Assembly: GCA_051294905.1 (NCBI GenBank)
Contig: CM119375.1
Location: forward strand, 16,306,001-16,370,000
Length of the DNA stretch: 64,000 nucleotides
Direction: 5' to 3'
Origin: Botryllus schlosseri
Lineage: Eukaryota
Below the pieces are notes generated by a model that saw only the letters and a program-made list of their open reading frames with translations, ran no database searches and was not told where the DNA came from. The first letter of the stretch is position 1; each line of letters opens with the position of its first letter. The translations under genes were made by a program, and so were the position numbers. This document shows positions 56,874 to 64,000 of this stretch, in pieces.

Positions 56874-57204
56874 CTGCGTGAAAAGAGACGTTTGCGGTTA
56901 AACTTGGCCGTATGTAGTACAGCATGCGCTGGATATCCGTTTTTCCTCGTAGTATAGCCCGTTTTTGACGCAACGCATACAACGGAAGCACGCACTGTCT
57001 GGCATACCAATGCAAGCTTTCAATGCAGCGTTGACCTTCCTTTGCAAGGAATGTGATACAAAAGTATGACATTCACCCTCTCGCAAACTTCCTCATATTT
57101 ACACCGGAGACGGTGAAAGCGCAGCCAAGCATGAGTAGTCAGTAGTGAAGAACTTATACTTTTTGGAGTACTCAAGTAGGATTTTTCCATTTGCACTATA
57201 CCTA

Positions 57205-60110
57205 CACTCTTAGAAATATTCGTAGATTTACCCAAATTATACCGGTAAATTTGTCCCGTCAGTTATATTAACGGTAAATGCCCGTTAAATTAATATATGG
57301 GCACGTCAAAAGTAAATTTACTTGTTTTTAGAGGGTAAAAAAATTACAGATTAAATTCGTAGAAGCAATTTACGGGATAACCAGTATTTCAGATTTACTT
57401 TTGGATTTGTAAAAGCAATTAACTGGATAATAAGTATTCCGGATTTACTTTGGCATTCGTAAAAGCGATTTACTGGATAATCATTATTTGCAACATTGCT
57501 ATTGAACTCACAGTTCGATCATTTTACACGCTTACGGTCTTATGTACATATATATATATATGTGATTTTCGTAATTACATCATGTTTCAATCATCAACCA
57601 AATTACGACATCGATGGCCGTGCTGATTGCTAATCGGTGAATGGTATCCGAACATTTGGGCATTGCAGATACCATCGTTTATATCGCTTCATAAATAGTA
57701 TCCTTTGAGACATTAAGGTCTAGCAATAGTAGCATGGCAAGCGAATTTGGTATGTTATGTAGTTTTACTGCAGGTATGATCTTTTGTGTAATTATCTGTT
57801 GGACCAGTTCTGCCACCATTGTAGACTCCTTAACGCATGTATGATGCAAACTATATATCGAAACACTGGAACTGGTGTTTAGCCGCCATGCTCCTTTGCC
57901 ATTGAGACGAGAGTAGTAGACGTCCTTTACCTTTTTCCTGCGAATGGCCTTGTGAATTGTTTGATCATGAATTCGTAGCTGCTCGAGCGAACAGTACATT
58001 GTGACGTCATACATTTTCCAGACATAGTGGCGTCAGACGTCAGACATATCTGAGCCTGAGCACGTGCGGCTGAATGTTCCGAGATAGATATTATATCGAC
58101 GCGATGTTTTCGTATTGGATAATAACAAGATGTGTTGCTGTAAGATATTGAGGGTTTCGAAGCCACAGCTTAACTCTAGCTTTAGAATATTGCAGGTGTT
58201 GATAGCAGATATTGTAGGTATAGCAGTATCCGAGCTCAAATCTGGCAAGTTATTCTCAGTCCTGTTTCTGAAGACGTATGTATTTTCGTTACAGTTTAAT
58301 GGTGAACAGAAGCTATGGCTTATAAGAATGTATTACATTTTCTGACATTGAACTACACGAAAATGGAAGCGTTATGGCATTATGAATCATGACGTCGAAT
58401 GCTTATGTGATAGAAAGGGATCATTTCGCCTCTCGCTTCTAGCACGATGCCGTGCGAAATACATTGGACGTGCGATGCAAAGGAGTATTGCCAGAAAAGT
58501 TTGCAATCACGCTGGAAAAGATGATTCAGGTACGAAGTCCTAGGCCAAGGGTATCCGTATCAAACTCAACTTGCGTCGCTGGCCAGATTCAAACTTTCAA
58601 ACCGCTCGCGGGCCGGATCAGTCAAATCAGCCCGACCTTACTTTTCGCTTAAATAGTTTATTATCAATCCTGTATACATTTTGGTATATTACATAACATT
58701 CACGATCATATCATATGGATATATTCTAGCAGCACCTTTACTCGCAAACAACGGAAGTTTGGCAAAAATTCAAAGATTGATCGTTTGAATTCAACCGCTT
58801 AAACACTGACTCTAACCACGGAATAAGCTGACATATTTGTATGCTCCCTTTGTTTTAATCGTAATCTGCCGTTAACTCATCATATGCGCTTTGAGGAACA
58901 CAAGTGATTTAATTGTAAACGCAGACGTTAGAATGTGGCTCATTATTAATCGTCATTCGGGTTTCTCTGTCTGTCTGGGGCCTTTGAGTAGAAGTGATAC
59001 AGCAGTGCGACCAAATATATTTGAATTGTATTTTTAATAACTATTATATTTTCCATGCGACCTGCATATAACAGTTTTTTTTCACTTCACGAATAACTAC
59101 TTTTTGGCTCATTTCTTCATAAAAATATGAACTCAGTGTGCACTTTCTGGAGTTTTTGGAATTGGATGTCAGTATCACCAACTTGTTCCTGATGATGACT
59201 AGAGTAAAACCATAACACCACTGTCGGATAATTATATCACGGTCTATGATCTTGACATTTGTGGCCTTGCGGGAAGCATTTCTTACAATAATATCTCAAC
59301 ATTTGTTAGAAAATGTGCTGGGTAATACAGGGGTTTTTCAGACTACTCAGAATTGCTTCGCAGGCCGCATGCGGCCTGCTGGCCTTATGTTCGACATCGC
59401 TATCCTAGGCCATCATTATGTGAGAAATTGACAAGAATATGAAAAGTCGCAGTATGTCATACTATAGCGTTTCAAAGTTTCCAAATTTTAACGGTGTTGA
59501 TGACAGCATAATCTTTGTTCAGATTATAGAAGAACCTACAAAAGAGCATGGCCCAAAGTACAGTCCTTCAACTGCTGCTGAAGTTTTGATGAAGCCTTCT
59601 TCATTCAGGCAGTTGCTGACCGATGATCTCCACAAGAAAGACTGGATTTTCGTCATTATCCACACTTACTTTTTTTAACGTGTTCCTGCACCAAATAAAC
59701 CTGATTCAAATTTACTGGTCTCAGGAACGTAAAACTGCTGCAAGGGACCAGACGAGTATATTGATATTACAGCAGATTTCTGTTACCTTAGGATACGGAA
59801 ATTTTCCGTAAAATTTCCTACGGTCAGCATATGTAAAATCCTATTACGGGGAGAGTTATTTCGAATTTACTGGTCTCATCAGCGTAAAACTGCTGCACTG
59901 GACTAGACCAGTAACTTGGTATTACAGCCGTTTTCCGTTACATCAGGTAACGGGAATTTTCCGTAAAAATTTTAACAGTCAGTCTTTGTAAAAATAAATT
60001 ACGGTCAATAATATTTACGGGAAAATATTTTTCAAATTTACTGGTCTCAGAGTCGTAAAACTGCTGCCAGGACCAGACCAGTAATTTGGCATAGAATATT
60101 TTTAACAGTG
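57205..60110. mobile_element. CACTA/EnSpm-like non-autonomous element, 2.9 kb
   Basis: TIR CACT(C/G)TTA(G/A)AAATATTC (15/17), TA on both sides, repetitive subterminal regions, and a degenerate minus-strand frame of about 230 codons with stops at about 57570-58250. Confidence 0.75.
59708..60090 (+). repeat. Subterminal tandem repeat, about 2.4 units of 155-171 bp
   Basis: AATTTACTGGTCTCA...GTAAAACTGCTGC restarts at 59708, 59863 and 60034. Confidence 0.85.
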
Positions 60111-60369
60111 TAGGCTACTCAAATATGGTTATGTTTCTTGAATATTTCCACTTGAACTTAACAGTTTTGTATACAAAACTAGTATCCTTTTAGGCAGGAG
60201 ATACGTCGCAGTATTTTGTCAGTCAATCGCGCCGGCCCCTATGACAATCTCTCTCATAAGAGCATTGTAAATCTATCCAAACTTCGTAAAATTGAAAATC
60301 TAAAAAGTACGCAGTTTGTCCTACAAACTTGCTGAAGTTGAAGTATACAATATCCAATGCCTGTAATAG

Positions 60370-60565
60370 TGTTACGTTTTAGGGCTTTGTTCAGCGCCAG
60401 GGGATCCAGGCACAAGCGGATATCTCCAGATTGCTTTTTTACAGTGACCAGATTAGATATCCAGGGAGTATGGCAATCCACGGGAGCTATTATGTCAGCA
60501 TCAACCAAACTATCAATTTTCTCCTTCACTTGTGCTTCAAGGCCAGCGGTATTTTGCGAACACGT
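60370..60565 (-). pseudogene. Inverted fragment of Gypsy reverse transcriptase N-terminus
   Basis: RKIPLALKHK (1-nt shift) VKEKIDSL...PWISNLVTVKKQSGDIRLCLDPLALNKALKR. Confidence 0.88.
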
Positions 60566-61785
60566 TAATCTCTTTTATAAAACATGGGTGGCCGAATGAA
60601 GCCAAGCTGGTACCCCAATCAATTCGAAATTTTTACTGTTTTAAAGAGGAGTTGACATTTCAGGATCAAATCGTTCTGAAGGGTGATCGTATTGTCATAC
60701 CGTCGTCCATAAAAGGCACTATTCTCAAGAGACTTCATGCCAGTCATGTTGGAATTCAAGGTTGTGTACGCCGGGCTCGTGAATGTTTGTATTGGCCCAA
60801 CATGGTTAACGATATTACGGACTTCGTATCAAGCTGTCCCACATGTGGCTTACACCAACCCAACCAACAGAAGGAAAGTCTGATTTCACATCCGGTACCA
60901 GGACGTCCTTGGCAAATAATCAGTAGTGATTTATGTGAATTTGACGGACAACATTATTTGATTACAGTTGATCACTACTCGGATTATTTTGAGGTAGATC
61001 GACTGACCTCACAGACTTCTACAGCAGTTATTCGCCGTTTAAAATCACATATGGCACGTCATGGAATCTGCGAGAAATTGATTACTGACAATGGTCCATG
61101 CTATGCTGCTCATGACTTCGAGGCATTTGCAAAGGAATATGAGTTTGAACATGTGACCAGCTCTCCAGGACACAGCCAATCGAATGGAAAGGCGGAATCA
61201 GCTGTCAAAATCTTCAAATCGTTACTTCGTAAAGCGACAACTGACAAAAAAGACATAAATATTGTACTGTTGGATTGGAGGAACACTCCAGGCGAGACTG
61301 TTCCTGGCTCTCCAGCACAGAGGCTATTTGGAAGACGCACCAAGACCTTGTTGCCAATAGCAACTAAACTGCTTGAGCCGAAAATTGTTTCTGATGTCAT
61401 CCCATCGCTTATGGATCGGAAAAGAAAACAGGCAAAGTATTACAATCGTGGTGCAAAAGACCTCGCCCTGTTGAGTCCTGGTCAACAGGTTCGATTCAAA
61501 AGGACAGAAAATGGCTTGTGGCTCGAAGCGGTGGTGATGAAGCAACTGAATGATCGATCGTACATTGTTAAGGCGACAGATGGAACGATCTACCGACGCA
61601 ACAGAAAGTTTATTCGAACTACTGTAACTCGCCCGCAGGTTGCATTTGACTTTGACGACATTTCGATTGCCAGACCAGCGGTAGTGAACAGCGACACTAA
61701 TGGGTCGTTATCTGGTTCCAGTAGCAGCAGGCCAAGCCGTACAGTAATTCGACCAGCATACTTGCAAGACTATGTTACAACTTGA
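60532..61785 (+). CDS. Ty3/Gypsy integrase ORF (HHCC finger plus DDE core)
   Basis: LHASHVGIQGC...YWPNM...CPTC, PWQIISSDLCEF, LITDNGPCY, SNGKAESAVK. The first about 10 codons come from the inverted neighbour. Confidence 0.95.
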   Translation: MLQGQRYFANTLISFIKHGWPNEAKLVPQSIRNFYCFKEELTFQDQIVLKGDRIVIPSSIKGTILKRLHASHVGIQGCVRRARECLYWPNMVNDITDFVSSCPTCGLHQPNQQKESLISHPVPGRPWQIISSDLCEFDGQHYLITVDHYSDYFEVDRLTSQTSTAVIRRLKSHMARHGICEKLITDNGPCYAAHDFEAFAKEYEFEHVTSSPGHSQSNGKAESAVKIFKSLLRKATTDKKDINIVLLDWRNTPGETVPGSPAQRLFGRRTKTLLPIATKLLEPKIVSDVIPSLMDRKRKQAKYYNRGAKDLALLSPGQQVRFKRTENGLWLEAVVMKQLNDRSYIVKATDGTIYRRNRKFIRTTVTRPQVAFDFDDISIARPAVVNSDTNGSLSGSSSSRPSRTVIRPAYLQDYVTT

Positions 61786-61848
61786 TTCGTTGCTGTAATT
61801 TATGTCCTAATTCGGTTCGCTTCGTTTTCTATTATTTTGTGATGTTTT

Positions 61849-62036
61849 GAGAAGGGGATGTTACGTGGGTTATTGTATGTATTATGATGATGCTTCCCTG
61901 TAAAGTAGCAAGGTATGACGTCATGCCTTACCCAACTGTGCATGACCGCATCACTCGTGCTTGACCGCTTTATCTATTATCTCATCGCTCTGGTTGATGG
62001 CACATGGAAGCCATAATAAATGTACAGCAAGAAACA
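61849..62036 (+). mobile_element. Polypurine tract and putative 3-prime LTR of the Gypsy element
   Basis: GAGAAGGGGA then TGTT (61859) ... AATAAA ... AACA (62036). The right boundary is inferred because no second LTR is present. Confidence 0.65.
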
Positions 62037-62230
62037 TGTGGTAAGACCGTTAGTTGAAAGTGAGCAATTTCGCGACCCAAATCATTCGGCCGCGTTCCTA
62101 AATGGTAATAAGTTCATAGCGTCCCAACCTTGGAATATTCTATCTTTGTATACGCCGCTGGCGGCCCGGTGTCGTTCGATAAATCCACCAGCTTTCCGAG
62201 TTTTCCAAAGCGGCCTATCGGACAAAAAAG

Positions 62231-63813
62231 CAGGGTTGTAATGACTCGAGTCATGACTCGACTCGAGTCAGACTCGAGTCGCGATTTTCGGATGACTCGA
62301 CTCGACTCGAGTCATTTTCTCAAAATACGGAAATGACTCGACTCGACTCGAGTCAATCTTTGTATTGACTCGACTTGGACTCGAGTCATTGCGCATGACT
62401 CGAAGCAAGTCATTGACTCGAGATTCAGACGGCCAAGACCAACATTTCATTGTAATTTCGAAGCCAACACATTATTGGGATTTCGTTTGTTGGTACTGGT
62501 GCTTGAAAATGCGACCAGAAACTGCTAAAAGTGAGAAAAATTGATATACTATAAATGCGAACCATTCAATATCACCAAACAGAGTTAAAAAAGTGGGTTT
62601 AGGAAGACTTTAACTGGAAACTGAGCAGTAGGGATGGTGTGAACCTCTGAAAGGTTCGGGTTCGTGTGAACGCGAACCTTTTTAAAAGGTTCTGTGTGAA
62701 CGCGAACGTGAACCTTGTGACGTCACGTGACGTCATATTGCTAATTCCAACCCTACATTTCAGTGAGTGATAGCCTTGCAATACCTGGCGACGATTCGGG
62801 CCACATAATACCACAATGCTGAAATACATATTGATGTTTTAAACGTCTACAGATGTATCAACTAGGGCAATCAATTGATAACATCATCTCAGAAAATCAA
62901 TTTCTTGCGTCGGTTTGCCACAATTTCGACGAGAACTTGCAAGGGAATATACGCTTACGCCTTAACGGTCAAGGTCAGACCGGACAATGTATTCGGCGTC
63001 TGAGTATTGCTAAGTTGATATAGCGCAGAGTGTAAAACGGGTTTCCCTATATTTGCTACCAATATTGCCCCTTTAACAAGTTATACAGCAGTAGCCAACA
63101 TCCCAATCCACGGAGTTGGTTTTTATGATACAATAAACCTATGAAATCGAGATTGACCCCGTACGCCTGCTAGATTTTTTACATCGGACAACGATATCAA
63201 TTTCATTGATTGATTGGATAAGAGTCATTCGTTGACAACCTACACTTAGTGTTTCGCTCTTGATGTTGTGTGATTGCGGGTCAAGCTCACAGCAGAGATG
63301 AGTCACTAAATATTCGCAAACGGAAAGCTGGATATTTCAAGCAAACAATTGTAACAAAGCAAGTAAAATATTTGAGATTGTCCAGGTGCATGCTCGTTTA
63401 GTGTTAATTTTTATATTGCCAGCGCCATGCATATACCTAGCCCACAGTTGAAATGCAATAAATTTCAACCAAAGATGATATAATGAAGTGAAAATTGTAA
63501 TATATGAAATAGGTTCACAGTGCAGAACCTACCAAGGTTCGTTTGTGAACGTGAACCTCTAAATATCTGAGGTTCACACACAGAACGCGAACGCGAACCT
63601 CAGGTTCACACCATCCCTACTGAGCAGTCAACACAATGACTTGGACTCGGACTCGAGTCATAATACCATGACTCGGACTCGATACTCTGTTCGGTGACTT
63701 GGACTCGGACTTGACTCGGTGGGAATTGAAAATGACTCGACTTGACTCGAGTCAAAAATATAAAAGTGAGATTGACTTGTGACTCGGAGCCTTGTGACTT
63801 GGTTACAACCCTG
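62231..63813. mobile_element. hAT MITE family A, copy 3, intact and interrupted by a nested element
   Basis: Perfect TIR CAGGGTTGTAA and exact TSD CAAAAAAG (62223-62230 and 63814-63821). Confidence 0.95.
62629..63619. mobile_element. Nested 991-bp hAT element
   Basis: TIR TAGGGATGGTGTGAACC, exact TSD CTGAGCAG, GTGAACGCGAAC subterminal repeats. Confidence 0.95.
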
Positions 63814-64000
63814 CAAAAAAGTATCATTATATACAGTGTATACAGCAGGCCTATACAGTCCCAGACGCAGTCACCTGACTTCACAGCGGTAGTATACGCG
63901 TTATGGCCGACTTGCAGTTCGAAGCAGAACACGTCCGTGAACACGTCGCCGCTACTCGAGACCATGTTGATCTGGAGTGGCAACGTTGGGTAATGTTCGG

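Noticed and set aside
57679-58014. MULE/MuDR DNA-binding domain resemblance (WRL...HTC)
   Set aside because: Key cysteines are missing and the flanking TIRs and 2-bp TSD are CACTA-like; similarity too weak.
62240-62430. CRISPR-like array of GACTCGAGTC palindromes
   Set aside because: Irregular spacing, eukaryotic context and position inside TIR/TSD-bounded elements show these are MITE subterminal repeats.

Overview
Animal (invertebrate-like) nuclear DNA with GT-AG introns, a class of 54-64 nt introns and many DNA-transposon MITEs; there are no prokaryotic features. Left end: the first 720 codons of TBC1D31/WDR67 on the minus strand, intron-free and running off the window. Centre (11403-41476, +): a complete par-3/PARD3 gene that I assembled by hand into about 29 phase-consistent exons (CR1, PDZ1-3, aPKC-binding CR3, KSSSLESL site, coiled coil). 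It has one GC-AG intron and several likely isoform switches, the best being a 47-nt exon that selects between two reading frames of the last exon. Right part: a full-length hAT (Hermes-like) transposase ORF that lacks the third catalytic acidic residue and has no visible TIRs, a cluster of nested hAT MITEs with exact 8-bp TSDs, a tRNA-derived SINE, an unrecognised multi-exon gene model, a 2.9-kb CACTA/EnSpm-like element and a rearranged Gypsy remnant. All exon models are manual and untested against RNA data; homologue sequences are quoted from memory, not from a search.
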